Assembly: GCA_030141605.1 (NCBI GenBank)
Contig: JAQGDQ010000132.1
Span: 441,797 to 505,796, forward strand
Reading direction: 5' to 3'
Length of the DNA: 64,000 nucleotides
Source: Tubiluchus corallicola
Lineage: Eukaryota > Animalia > Priapulida
The notes under the pieces were generated by a model. It saw only the letters and a program-made list of their open reading frames with translations. It was not told the DNA's origin and ran no database searches. Below, piece by piece: positions 1-14,500 of this stretch. A program made the translations under genes and the position numbers. Within the stretch, counting starts at the first letter, position 1. Each line of letters begins with the position of its first letter.

Positions 1-3000
1 GTACTGAAACGCAAGTCAAAAGAAACTACAAGTGCGCAGAAAGAAAAGGACGGTCCCGAGAAAACAATAAAAAGTGCACTAAAGGACCCTCAAAACCCGT
101 CTAAGTCTAAAATCGTACAGCTTGTGGATACTCACAGAGGCATAGCAGTGGGTTTGTTGGGCGGTTCTGATCCAAAAGACACAGACAGCAAGTAAGTCCT
201 GTCATTTTAATCCTTCATTTCGGCCTAGGATTTACAGCGGTAAGGTGAAGTAGTCAACACAATGTTCAGGAGTATAAATAATATCAATTTCAATCAATTT
301 AGCTCACAACATTACATAACATATAATTCAAGCATAGTTTAAAACCATTCACACTCGTAACACGTGTAATTATCATTAGACTTGTTACTTGCAAAAGAAC
401 TCAAAACGTCTAACGAAAACTTTTGATTCATCCTATTATAGCAAATATAGACTTGACAAGTTGGCGGAAAAATACAACATGATGTGGTGAGTTTATCACC
501 AAGAGTCACCCTAAATACAATATACAGTCCGTTATAATGTTCAAACTAGTGATAGGATGAACCAACTCTAACAATGGCAGAAATAAAAGTGCCAACTAGT
601 ACAAAAATACAACGTGCGCTGCTGTGGTGCTATGAAACCTATATCCATGGTGACTATCTCTTAGCAATAGTAAAGTAATAAATAAAAAGTATAAAAGGTT
701 GTAATTAGTAATAAATAAAAAGAATAACGTGTTGGACAAGTGACTTATATTATCAAAAGAGAGCCATGGTGTAGTGAGCTTTATTCTGTGACCTTGATCG
801 AGTGTTTTACAGTCACCAAACTCAAACATCCTTTAAGGAGCTGGGATACCTTAATATATCCTGACAATTGTGCGTTTAGTAATTAATATTAATACTAACC
901 CTGTTAATATTTAATAAGCCCTTTCTCGGTTTCACCGATTGATGGTGATCGTGAAAAGGTTAATGAATCTAACAATGTTATCTGAACCAAGCAACGCATT
1001 TGTTTACACTTGACAACGCCTCTCAGGCCATGCTGTTGAAAACATTAACAGTTCTTGGCATTAATTTTCACTTCATTTATTTCATTTTACATGAATTGCT
1101 ACTGTTACTACTAGCTGTTAGCCACATGTTTCACCGGTTTCATCTACATGTAGTTACATGCACAAGGTAACTTTACATATTTACAGAAACAGACGCTTTT
1201 ATAAGGTCACTAATGACATTGCGCACATTGTTTACAGCTATAACGGACTCAAGATCATTAAATATTTTATATAAAGAGTATATTTCTTAAAACCGTTTCT
1301 TGTAGTAAAGTTTGACCAAGGAATTATCTTGGAAAAATCCTAAGTGCTAATTGAGAATTATTACAATTATTGGACACATTGGGGACATATCAGATGTGTT
1401 GAGGTGCGTAACTCATTAAAATGATAACGAAATTTTGAATTTCTAGAAATGCAGGTAAATTGTTTACGTCATACGATATAGAAGAAAATAAATGGTACCG
1501 CGGACCAGACATTCCCGAGGGAGTTGATCGTCACGCAGTAGCTTTCCATGATTCAACAATTTACGTTATAGGTGATGTGTTTACCCTTCCTTTCACAGTG
1601 TCTGTGGCTATAGTGCAAAGTTTCAGATTAACTTTGCTAAGTGCCTGTGTTTTTAATGCGAAACTATTAGACAGAGATCTAGAAACTTTTAGACACTACG
1701 TGGAAAATCCGTGCGCCATTGATCATTAGTGACTGCGTAGCATTACCAGTTGATAGCCCAGCGGTAAGCCTCTAGAAATGGCTGATGTCCTGTGTCTTCG
1801 ACCCCTTGACTGAAGTCATCGTTCACCAAACTATTGTCTGAGTCTCTACCAGGCAAGTTTCAAGACACTCGTGTTTCCAAATTAACTGAATTACATGTGG
1901 ATGCCCTCGATCATCGCGGATCTAAGAAAACTCATGCAACGATATCTCGTTATTGTTGATGTTAGGTATTGAGTTTTCTTAGGCATCCACTTTTAATTCA
2001 GATAGTTCGGAAACACATACGGCTAGGCTCATGAAGCTTGTGTGATAGACACCTGGAATAGGGACGCAGAGCTGCTTAATTAGTATGTACATTGCAGTTA
2101 CAGTGCTATAAAAATGTTGTGAAATTACAGCTTGCTGTTAGTCATTCTACAGCCAGGCAATGTATTAACGAACGGCAAGAATAAAATAAAGATAGGAACA
2201 GTCGTCATCATTTTTAAACCAACTCGATTTTACAGTTCTTATTTACTTTAAGTTTAAACTTCATCTTCAGTGGTACATTTATCCAATATTTTTTATGCTT
2301 TACTGTTTTCGCGGCAAAAAATCGTTTCTATAATAATAGCAAGCCAGTTCACTTCAGGTCATTGTAGAAGCGATTTTGTCTGTGGAACTATAACCAACAG
2401 TATTTTACCACACTTCATAAACTGAAATAACATGATTAAGCTGACAAACTAGAATTATGTTAATAAATAGGGGGTGCAAAAATGCAGTCAAAGCAGAAGA
2501 AGGGCGCCCTGAAAGCAATAAAGCGTTGCTACAAATACGACACAAAGAAGAAAGTCTGGAGCGAAATACCGAAGATGATTAAGCCCAGGATGGACCACGA
2601 GTGTGTCATGATGGGTGATATAATATATGCTATCGGTGGACAAGATGACAAAATGCAGTGAGTAGAGAGTGCAAAAATTCATAAACTTCGAACGTTAAAG
2701 GAAAACTGAATGACTTTGTAGGCATTAGTTCGAAATCAAGTATGCTGTAAAATACTGAAAACTACAAAAGCTTTTTTGAAATCAAAGTTTAGATTAAATA
2801 ATAATTACTTCGGGTGGCTAAATTTTGTCAGACTTTCAAAGCTACGCACGGCTCAGTGAATCCACTAAGACTGGCAATTGCACCTTTTTGTCATATTCGC
2901 GTGCTCGACAAATAGGCGCATCACCGTAGTAAGCATGATTATGAACTATAGTATTCATCTGTGACGTAAGTGTGACGTAGAGCTCATTTTCGTGACATCA

Positions 3001-6000
3001 CATCAGCGTCTTATAGCAGTCTTCGCTTATGCAACGTGCTTGACGCGCAGGGAAGATGCCTACCATTGCACTAACTGTGGTTAGTTTGAGAAGTAAGAGA
3101 CAGTTGTGTTCGGTTGCCGTTAATTAACTTTCCAAGGTAATTATTCAAATATTAGAAACAATTACTAACTTCATAGGCAAGAAAATGTATATTTTGGACA
3201 GTAAATTCAAATGACATTAAGTCTGGTTTTCCTTCGAACAAAACTGTTCTTTCTTCTGACGATTTGATTAAGATGACTGAGAAACTCGATGAAATTGTTC
3301 GTAATTGTCCCCATTAAAGCTAAACTGACAACCCAACAAAGCTGTCAGCTGATTCCCTAAAAGTATACCAGGAACATGGGTTTCGTGACCTTCGGGATTA
3401 TACCGTTTTTCTGGTCTTACACAGCCTATGACTGTTCATCTCAAATTGTGATAAAAATTTGATTCTGAACTTCTACCTATTTTCGTTTTCAAAAAAAGCT
3501 GATTTTCAAAATGTCAGTTTGCGCATATGTACGTAGTTTACCATAAAAACCAACAGTTCTGGTAAAATGAACATTTTAATTACATATTTTTCCATATAAA
3601 AAATATTGGTACAATGTTGTGACAAGTCCGTATTTCCGTATGGTATCCATATTTCCAAAAATAATGTGACAACATTGGTACAATATTGTCATGCTACCTG
3701 GGATGTAAGTCTAAATGGACTACGTACTTAAGATAAGATATCATTACCAGGTTTTTTTATTCATCAGAAGCAAAAATACAATGACGTAATAATCACAACA
3801 GTGCAATAAGTTCAACATGTTAAAATTTGTTTATTCTTGTTTTTTACAGCGTTTGTGTTCTTGCTCCTCGATTCCCGCCTAACAAGAGTTTTGTTCTTGG
3901 CAAAATAACATTTTATTCACACTAGAAATATTTCGATTACAAAATATCCTAATATTCAAGTTGTCTTTTCTCTTAAGGGTCACCAATTCAGCAGAGATGT
4001 TTAGTCCTGATCTTGATAAGTGGCGTACAGTCGCTCCGATGACCCATGGCCGCCGAATGTTTGGCGCGGCCGTTTATAACAAACAAATTTACGTAGTTGG
4101 AGGAATAGAAGAAGGACCACCCGGGGACATGCCACTCTCTTCTGTCATAGAGGCATATGATGCTGTCAAAAACATGTAAGAGTAGGTCCACCTTAGAGAA
4201 AAACTCAAGAACACACAATTTGGCCAAAACTATTGTTTACAAATAATAATTTATTGACAATTCAGCACAATACAATTTTACAATTTATTACAAAACATTC
4301 CAAATACAATGAATGCAACACACTACACACCATGATAACTATTTTTAATATGTGTATGAATCAGCTATTATTTGTTCTGCACACAACATTCCTTTGTGGA
4401 TTATGTCTCTAGAAAACGTCTCTTTCACTGTTGATTAAATCTGTCTTGTCTGTTTGTATGTAATGTAATGGTGGCTCAATAAACAAACACATGCATTACA
4501 ATACAGAAAATTACGCAGACAAAAAACCCCGCGTATGGGAATGATCGACTTTCAACACAATAATGATAATAATAAAATTAATAAACCGCATTTACAATAG
4601 TTAAATATTGCAATTATATTATATCGTTTAGTTATATTGCAAAATTTGTTCCATTTTCCAAGTTCCAGTACAAAACGAGTTTTAGAATTGCAAGTACAGG
4701 TTACGACAAATTTGTATTGTTGAACATAGAGCATTAGAATTTACAACATTCTAAACATAATATTGTTCACATTTTTCCCCAAGAAAGTGTTACTATTTCA
4801 TTTACTATTTTGGAGAGATAAACGACTAATCTGTTCACTTCGTTTTCTTCTATTTATATTTAAAACGTGTTTAATTTCGTACATAATCATTTCTTATTCT
4901 TATCTTTATTCTTATTCTTATTCTTATTCTCATTCTCATTCTCATTCTCATTCTCATTCTCATTCTCATTCTCATTCTCATTCTCATTCTCATTCTCATT
5001 CTCATTCTCATTCTCATTCTCATTCTCATTCCAATCCCTACTCCTATTCTTATTTCTATTCTTATTTGATTCTCATTTAGTTTAGTACATACGTGTGTTG
5101 CTGAAACGCTGAAGATGCTTAAACATTGTCAACAAAGTTTGTTAAAATGTGGAACTTTTAAATGAAGCAAAAGAACAAACGCTTATAGAAAAGCGCTGCC
5201 TACACTAAATTAATGGATTAAATCTGTGAAGTACAGCAAAGGAATTTTTACATTATTAAATTTAAAAGCTGAGTAGAATCTCTTTAACACACCTGTGTGG
5301 AAAGTTCTTATGCATGAAGTTAACTTTAGCTGCATAACTGCTTTTCAACAGAAATTTTAATGACATTGCCTGTAGTATGAACATTTTTCGTGGTATCTTA
5401 GTAGTAAAATGACGGAAAAATTTTCAGATGGACCACAAAAGACCCGCTAAATAAAGGCAGGGCTGGCTTGTCTTTATGTAACGTTGATGGTCGATTGTTC
5501 ATGATTGGAGGAGTTACGGAATCGTTTAATCCAAAGAAACGTGTAGAACCCCTTTCAACAATTGAAGTATACGACAGCAATACAGGCAGGTGGGAAAAAG
5601 AGACTACTTTTGAACTCGAGAGGACGCGCTGCGTGGCTGTATGTGCTGGTAAGCAACTTATGTTTGAAATAAGTTTTTGAAATGAAATAAGTTCATTCAC
5701 CAACAACCACATAGATATGGAGAACTATAATACTACAGCACCCAAAATTAGTCTGAAACAACAAATAGCATCGATTGTTATTCATCTAAGTCGTCTTGAT
5801 TACGATGTAGAAAACTTTAGTGTACATTAGAATGCCAAAGAACCAAAAAAGGTATCACTGGCCAAGTGGTCACTATTTCATTGGAAACTAATGGCTCTAG
5901 CTGCAAACGAATATTATTGGATTAGCACAAAGAAGCCAGCCGTTTTTCTGCAATAAGCTTTGGATGGGAAAAGCGAAAAGTTATCAGCAATAATAAAGAC

Positions 6001-7654
6001 CCGGTGACAGAAAATACAACAATATGCTGTTACGAAAAGCACAGTATAAAGTTATTTCATGTGCCATAAATAAAAGAAATATATACATTCCAGTCATTGG
6101 ACTTTTGGTCCAAAAACAGGAAACACACGCAAAAACAATTGTGCACAGTAACACACAAACAAAACATGTAATCTGACAAGCACTATCAGATGTATATTAG
6201 TCTGAAAGACTGTTGGTAAAGTACAGAATAATACATGATAGTTATAGTTATGCATAGTTATAGGTTGACTTCGAATTTATAAGAAAGTTGTATATTGTCT
6301 AAAATTGTTGCAATGATAATATAGTAAAGTTAAATTAGCCCTAAAATATTTATGGAACTAAAATGGTTTGATCTGCCCACACAAGTTCGTTTTTGGAGTT
6401 AAAAGGAATAAAAGATGGCACGAAAGCTGATACATATTACCCAACGTTTCTGAGTAAAACCCAGTCCATCTTCAAAGAGAATCTGTAAAAACAAGAACTT
6501 ATAGATAAATTTATTGACCATGTAGCACATTACAATGCAATAAGTCTGTTTACTGCTCTAACGATTGATGATGATCGTGAAAAGGTCCAGACCTCACATT
6601 TGTGTACACTTGACAATGCCTCGCAGCCCATGCTGTTGTAATAGTAGCAGTTCTCACATGTTTTAGCAGCTAGCTAGAACCTTACCTAGTTCATTTTTCC
6701 TCGTTCTCAAGTAAGATCCTGCTAATAAATCGCTCTATGCAAAGACTAATGCATAATTAAGCAAAGTCCAAGTAAAACAACTGAAATTACTAAAGTGATG
6801 TGGCAAACGGCTTTCCTTTACCCACATGTCATGTGATGGTTGTAGTTAAGACGCGTTGCTGTAGTACACTTAACCTTTGACTACAGCAACTGCGCGTGTG
6901 CACAACGAAACTGCGAAAAGGCTTATTCGTTACAATACATTTCAATAATAATTTATTACAGCATATAGCAGTAATATAATGTAAACCATAAAGCGTAAAA
7001 ATATCACTTGCATATAACCAGAACACAATAACAACTTTTGAACAGAAGGCAATCTCTAATCAGACTACTAAGACTACCATCGTTGTGTTCTAGTTATTTG
7101 TGTTTGATATTTGTTTGCTTTTTCTTATCACTTACTTGATTTTATCTGAATAGTTCACACAAATTTTTTCCTGAAAATCGAGTGAGTTTTACTCTGAAAC
7201 GCCAGATAAAGTACTCTTTTTCTAACCAGTTTTCTTAACAAACGCATGTTGTCTGTACTTGTTTGCCTATTAGTACTGGCAGAGCAATTTTCTCGACAAC
7301 TCACTGAAATCATGTATGCTAGCAAAATTAAATGCATGGCTTCCCTGGTAAAGGAGTAAATGAAAAAAAATCTGGTCACCATGCAAACAATACCGTTGTT
7401 TGTCCGTTTCTGAAGCTAAACGTAGGAAAACAGTCCTTAAAACAAATGATATCAAGGGAATTTAAGCCGATGCTTTCTTTGCAGAATCACGTTTGTATAT
7501 CTTTGGAGGAACTGCCACAGATAGAAACCAAACTTGCCTCTCCGAAGTCAGCTGTTATGACACTTCGACCAAGACATGGATAGAAGGACTGGCCAGCCAT
7601 CGAAAACCCACTCTAGGAATGCGGGCCATTGTCTACAAGAAAGCTAGAAACTAA
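1..7654 (+). CDS. Kelch-like protein paralogue A, 5'-partial (linker + six Kelch blades)
   Basis: Spliced exons 1-191, 1447-1571, 2471-2657, 3978-4175, 5428-5648, 7485-7654 (TAA). All GT-AG with matching phases, 1092 nt open. Kelch signatures GLLGG, IYVIGG, IYAIGG, IYVVGG, LFMIGG, LYIFGG, each followed by Y/F...W. Exon boundaries match paralogues B and C. Confidence 0.9.
912..1060 (+). mobile_element. MITE family 1, 5' fragment
   Basis: Starts TAATAAGCCCTTTC and shares GATCGTGAAAAGGT and ACACTTGACAACGCCTC..CCATGCTGTTG with the copies at 6539, 35022 and 38580. Confidence 0.7.
1831..2061. repeat. Imperfect foldback palindrome (MITE-like hairpin)
   Basis: Left arm GTGTTTCCAAATTAACTGAATTACATGTGGATGCC..CTAAGAAAACTCA is the imperfect reverse complement of right arm TGAGTTTTCTTAGGCATCCACTTTTAATTCAGATAGTTCGGAAACAC. 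Looser pairing extends outward and inward. Confidence 0.75.
2699..3233. mobile_element. Possible TTAA-targeting (Kolobok-like) non-autonomous DNA transposon
   Basis: TTAA|AGGAAAAC ... GTTTTCCT|TCGA; 8-bp TIR with AG ends, right TSD degenerate. Confidence 0.4.
4893..5075. repeat. (TTCTCA)n/(TTCTTA)n hexamer microsatellite
   Basis: Seen directly. Confidence 0.97.
6539..6927 (+). mobile_element. MITE family 1, full-length degenerate copy
   Basis: Colinear with 35022-35433; right end GAAACTGCGAAAAGGCTTATT. Confidence 0.85.
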
Positions 7655-8359
7655 TTTTATAGCAATCTCACTGTCTGTCGTTCCCTGTTTAGTTCCCAAT
7701 ACATCAAGTTCTTCGTTCTTTGTTTTGGTTTGTTCCCTTTTTCTGGGGGAACCACAAGCATTCTGTTTGTTATTACAAAATTTATATTTTTAAATTTATT
7801 CGAATTACCTAATAATACATTTTGTAATGAATAATAAATTGTATTATTTGACTCAGTTATTACTGATCTTTTATTTTTTAATTTGTGCCTATCAGAAGTA
7901 GAAACATCAGCTTTGATTACTCTAACATTGTTTCCATTATTACCTTCTTTATAACTTGTCATCGTAGCATGTCATCACCATCATCATTGTCGTCGTTGTC
8001 GTTATCGTGGTCATCGCCATCATTATTATCAATAGAAAATGCTACAGCTACAATGAGTTACAGTAGAAATGCAATTTAAATCAAATAAGCCTAATATTAC
8101 CACAATATTTTGATACTGAGTCGTGTGATTAAGAAAAAGCAGCAAAGTATAAAAATTTGATTACTACGTTCTTATTTCTCACAAAATATTTATGGAAATT
8201 ACCATGCCTTGTTAACAAAGACATTTCCAAACGCTTCAGCATCTTGTTCGAATTCTTGTTTTACAATTTTGAAACACTCTTCAATTTTCAAGCTTCTTGC
8301 TCTAGAGTTGATTCTTCCGCGGACAATATATCTTTTTCTGTTTCAGTTTTCTACAGACG

Positions 8360-8382
8360 TGACGTAATAAATTTTGACGTCA
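8360..8382. promoter_or_regulatory. CRE palindrome TGACGTCA (8375-8382) plus variant TGACGTAA (8360-8367) upstream of Kelch B
   Basis: Exact motif about 180 bp before the ATG at 8562; function inferred only. Confidence 0.4.
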
Positions 8383-8561
8383 TTTATGACAGTGTGCTTA
8401 AATTTTGCTCGTGATATTTGAAATAGCTACTTCGCATGAGGATCAATTCCCCCGACCTCTCACTGCCATAGGATGATACCATCAGTCCTGGTAGCATGGG
8501 GTAGGTTTTCGAACAAGTGAAAACCAATATTTGGAAAGGACTGATGGATTAAAACGTCAGA

Positions 8562-11500
8562 ATGATGGCGACGGAAGCTGAAGAGGTTCAGATAAATCCT
8601 CTCAGTGAAGCATCAGATAGTGGCATCCTTAGGACAATGAAGGATCGGGTGAGGTGACCTTTAAAAACTTTCAAACAAGCTTACTATAACTTGTGAATAT
8701 CTTATTACTTTGATTAATTGTACAGCATTATATTTAGTTTTTGTACCATTAAAACTTGGATTAAGCTCGAAAGCACAAACATTCAACTTGCTAGAGCCAG
8801 AGCAGTTAACTGCTAATGTATCGAACGTTGTTGATGTAAATAAGTTTGCTCTTAAATCTCGAGTATGAACATAATCTAGAGTTTCTTTTTAGAAATGTTA
8901 AAGCAGACGCAGGGTGCTAAATAATTAAGCAAGGAAATGCATTGTTATCTCTATATTGAGCGTACAACACTTTATTTTTAATTTTCCTTTTAAATTTTGC
9001 TCCAATTCGGCAAGCTCTCACATGAATCAAAAGGGCCCCTTGGCAATTCTTTTTATTTATCTTTTGACTGAAATTCCGTTGCTATGACTATAACAGTAGC
9101 GTCAGAAATGAGGTGCAAAACCAACCTGACACGAGGTTCTTCTATCACCAGTTAAAATTTATCGAAAATTCAGAGCACAATACAGACCACACGATTAGCA
9201 ATGTATTTTTTCAGCAAGATGCAGTACTTTCTCATCACTCACAGACACTCAATGCATGATGCCCAACTTGTCATTGTACTGGCTTCTTAGGCTCTTGAGG
9301 CCCCTGAAGAAGGTTACGAATATAGCAAACTCTACTTGTGCAGCAGTTTTTTTAAAGATTTTCGTCTTTAAATCGTCTTAAAGAATTCTACCTTAAGATT
9401 TCAGTACATCTGTACCAATTTTCAAACATTTTGATTCGTTTGGTAAAAGTTAATATAGAAAATGTAATGTATATAGTGACTTCTGGAACATCCTGTATAT
9501 AAAGATGAAAATCTACCTGTGTTCCTATTTATGCACGCCAACATGCTGCAGCACGCCTCAAAATGAGATCCAAAACAAGAATTAGCAAGGCCCAAGGAAG
9601 ATTTTAGGCTTATATCAACTTAGGTCAAACCCCTCACCACCCCCAAAGGCGACCAAAATGAGTACAAAATAGCAGTTGTTAGGGCATTCTACTATATATA
9701 ATCGTTCAGTAAGTCGCTTTAGGGAGTACTGAGTTCGAACATCGATATCCTCATTGTATCCGAACAAAAGCATCCAATATGGCGTCCAAAATGGCGCAAC
9801 GCGGTAGTATTTAGCTCCGCCGCCTCGTAAGAATAAGCCCATTTCACAGCGAGGAGGCACGGCAAAATTTCTCATGCAGTTCCTCGTGAAGAAGTCTGTC
9901 GCTAGCTAGAAATTATGCGCCCTCCTCGTGAGGAATTTTCTCGAAATACTGCATGTTCTATTTTCGCATTTAATCTTCGAGGAATTCAGACTTAAATTCA
10001 GATAAATATCTTGAGTGGTTGCGGCTGTTTTCCGTATCAATTACACTTCATATGGTTACAGTTATCAAGTTTCCTGCAAAGGAAAAGTGGTTGCTCATCA
10101 CCGTGCACACCCACTGAGGAAAAAACAGTTCAGGTAGACATCACAGAAGAATCTTGTCCTTATGAAATTGAAGAAATGTCTAGTGACGGGAGTCAAGAGA
10201 GTGAAGAACGAAAAGCAAGTAAGTTATTTACAAGGCCCGCCACACAGTACGACACCAAGAAGCCGAAATCAGTGCCAAACAAGACAAAACATGTCTGAGA
10301 CGAATGTCACACCGCAAACGCACAACGATACCACATATTTGACATAAAAGCTTAATTTTAGCACGTTCATAATTTTGGCTTCATGGTGAGTCTTTGTAAC
10401 TGCAAGTACGCTCTCTTTTATCCTTTTCGGTTTATGGCTATGCTTATTTTACTTTGTGTTGTAACTGTTTTCTTCTAAACTGTATTTTATTTGTCACTTT
10501 TTGTGGCATTTCTCGAAAGTGAATGAGTTTTTTGGAATCTTTGTGCTACAAGTCAAAATCTGGGACACGCAAAAGAACCAGCTTTATGAACCAGAAAGAG
10601 TCACAGATTATGTTTAGGCATCTAAAAACACAGTGTATAATTGTATACTTTTGTAGAAAGAGGAACAGCCACCAGGAAGGAGCTATAAGGAGTAAACTAC
10701 ATTTACTTTGAAAGTATAAATAAATAACGAATACTTATTTCAAAGTCAAAAAGTTCATGTTTTTAGGTAAAAAAGTTGAAGAAGATAGTAAAAACGCTTT
10801 TGTCAGAAAATGCTTGCCCAATGTAGTAGTAACAATACAAAACCACAGATTCCTAGCGCACAGAAAACTCCTCGCACGTAGAAGTCAGTACTTTGCTGAT
10901 TTATTACATCACGAGATACCAGACTGCCCGCAAGAAATCACAGAAATCACTTTTGATGACATCACTCCCAATGCCTTCAAATTACTTCTGAATTACTACT
11001 ACGGCAACGGTCTCCATCTAACCATAGACTGTGTGTGCGACGTACTTGACGCGGCAAAGAAATTAGAGAACAAGGAACTAGTTGTCACTTGCGATGACTT
11101 TTTAAACGGTCTTCTGTCAGTCAATTCTGTCCTTGACACATACCAGAAAGCTCGAGAGGAAGGACTGTTGGAATTGCAAAATAGAAGTCGAAGTGTGATT
11201 GGCAAAAATTTCAAAACCATTTCAAACACCATATCATTCTTGAAGCTGCCAGTAGATGTGCTCTGTGAAATATTATCAAACAGCAACGTGCAGGTAAATA
11301 AACGCTTCAAGTACATATATTATACGATTGTCACGTGTGCACTTGCACGTGATTTTAACATTATTTAATTTAACTTTATTTTATTCACTTGATTAACAAT
11401 CAGCCGGCATGAATGCATTAAAATTATTATACTATACATATTTGCAAAATATTAGTGACAATGAGACGGTAATAGTAGTAAAAATATTTATTTTCCATAA

Positions 11501-14500
11501 AAGAGTTGCATAAGAATACAACAATTCTCTTGTCTTGTTGTGCCGCGACCAAAATCTGGTTTTATCAAAACTTAATTAAAAAACAAATGTATCAGTTACT
11601 ACGAGTTTCCATAATTCGGCATTTCATTCTCTGCCGATCTCAAAAGTAAATTAACAGGCTAATTAAAACTAATTAAGCATTCGTAAAGTCACTCGTTAAG
11701 TAAGTTATACAATAGTTATACAATCATTATGAAGAGATACCACGCCTGTGTGCGTGTGTACGTGGCGCATGCTTGTGTGCTTTTATGTTTGTTTGTAACA
11801 TTTTTAGGTAAGGAGTGAGATTGACGTATTTAACGCAGCACTGCAATGGCTGGAATATGACCGCAAAGTGCGCATGCGCTGTATGTACTGCGTCATGAAG
11901 TGCATTCGCTTCTCCACAATGCTTTTGGAGGAGTTGAACCAGTGTCTGGAGGATGCGCCCTTCCTGATGGAGAACTTGCAAACACGTGATCTGGTGTTGA
12001 ATGCTCATTGGTGAGTGTCATAATAGCCCCATTTTGTACTTACAAACCCAGTAACACACCAAACTTCCACATCCCGTCTTAGCTTAGATCACAAAAAAAT
12101 AAAAAATTACTTCTGTCATTTAAAATTTAGTAACTGACGCTGACATTTTGCTGTCCAGTAAAACTTATAGCTTAAAATAATTATTATTTTTAAAAAATTC
12201 ATAGGTACAAGACTTGTATGACGATGAAAATCCCAACCAGAGCAAAATTTATCCCCGTGCTACCCACTCGAAAATTCAAACTCCCAGAAGTAAGTTTAGC
12301 AGATTAACAGATTAAGACCAAATGACTATTCCTATGACTAATGACTACTATGACTACGGACCCTGACTAATGTCGGACAATATATATATATATACATCGT
12401 TTTTTCGTCTCCTTGATTAATAATGAGGAGGAAAAGCAGTGTCTATATTACTTGGTTATTTTAGTAAAAGTCCGGAGCTCATTGTCCGACATCAGCCCAT
12501 TTTACCCGAATGTTTCACCACAAAATCAGATCTGCCTAACTTATTATACGTAGTAATGTTATTGTTATTATTGTATTCCAAATTATTACCATTTATAATT
12601 GGAAACTCATTAATCGATTAATATGTTTTAGTTGATTATGTAACTATGTTAACAATGCTGCAAATTTGATGCCACATAGGGTGTGCCTAGAAAACCAGTG
12701 CCAGAGATGATCACAGCTCCTAAACCAGAATATGTACCACCACCTCTCAGTACAATTGCCCTGATTGGAGGTCTATTCACTGACGACTGGGACCCCCAGT
12801 AAGTAACGTTAACATAGTATTTTTATTACTCAAAGAAATGGGGATTTGAACTAAGAACCGGCACTCTCAAACATCTTACAAGATTCACGCATATGTTGCC
12901 TCAGTGAACTAGAGTGAATATCGTTTCTTCAAGAATGATTTACGTGAAATAATTGTTAGCACGAAAGTATTTCGCATCGTTTGTTTTTCGCTGTTACATG
13001 TATTTCACCATTCGCTAGTTTCATGGACGCAGCGCCCGTATCTCGAAAAGGTGTTAAACAAACAGTAGGTGATGTACCTGTCAGTTCAATACTGACGCGT
13101 TGGTACATCGGTAAGCTTGGAATTTAAGTTTTTAAGTTAGCATTTGCCAAGTTGCCATAAGTCATAGTCAGTGTTATACAGCAGTATGGTATTTCAATTT
13201 TTGTGCTTGTAAACACGTGCAACACGCGCACGGAAAATTTTTGCCGTTTAAAATCATGTTCACTTGTGACGTCAGAGTTAACTGTACTCAGCAAAGTAAC
13301 TTACTTAGCAGGGAGGCCAAAGTACAAAATATTTTCAAAACGCGCACTTATTCTTAAAAGCATCCTAGAAAATTGGAAAACTGTAAGTTTCAGAAAAAGT
13401 GTAAAATAAATATCTTTGTTTAATAATAACAGGTAGCAAAATGTCGTGTAAATACACATAAATATTGGAGTTAGATACACAAGATATTTACGATGTTTTC
13501 TCAGTTACGACACTTCCGTGTTTTCTGAATACCTCTTTTGTCCAGTGGAATCAAAGCTGTTGAGTAAAGAGAGTCGGGGTTGCATACATAATGCAAGTAT
13601 AATGATGAGAATGATGATGATGATGATAATGATGACGATGGTGATCATAACGACGACGACGATGAGGATAACAATAATGATGACGCTGACAATGATGATG
13701 ATGCTAACGATGATGATGGCGATGATGACAATAATAATTCCTGCTCCCATTGAGAGTGATATGATGAGTTCTGATAAAATGAGATATGTGCTTATGTGAT
13801 GAAGGGTGATTTAACAGTCAGGCTCAATGGTGAAATACATAATGGGAAGAATAATATTTCTTTATCGACTTTTACGAAAATAGCTTCATCTACTTCGAAC
13901 TTTGCTGACCTATAAGATCTATTGCTGTTAAACGTGATGTTAATTTGCAGGAGGAGAGGCAAATACTTTTTAGCTTATGACACAAAAACGGATGAATGGA
14001 CCCAAAGACCGAGTTTGCCAGAAGGGTTCAATTTCCATGGAGTGGCATCACTTGGGACGGTCATCTTTCTGATAGGTAAACTACATACTTAACGTAAATT
14101 TAAAGCATTAATGGAAGAAATATAGTACTTGAAAATTGACTGTTTATTGTTCTGGATAATGTATTATTGAGTCAAGAGGCTGACCTGCTAAAATGACTTA
14201 TGATATTTGTCGATTTTTCGTTAATAATTCACCGTAGTTTGTTTTTTTTTCTTATCGACTAATACTGTAGATCATTTTAGCAGATCAACCTATTGGTTGA
14301 CTAGGCAGCGAGTCAGGCTGGCAGCCAGATAGTTGGGCAATTTGTTCATCAGTAAATTAGCCAATCAGTTAATGATTTGCTGCATTTTTCAGGGGGAATA
14401 AAAGTAGGAGAACGTGGAAAATTGCCAGTTTCCGATCCTGTACCCCTGTCAATCGGGTACAAGTTTGACACGCAAACTCAGTTATGGAGCAGAATTACGA

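Noticed and set aside
4763-5085. SH/SY- and FS-repeat ORFs (and similar low-complexity ORFs at 13505, 17329, 29009, 50609)
   Set aside because: Microsatellite artefacts with no splice or domain support.
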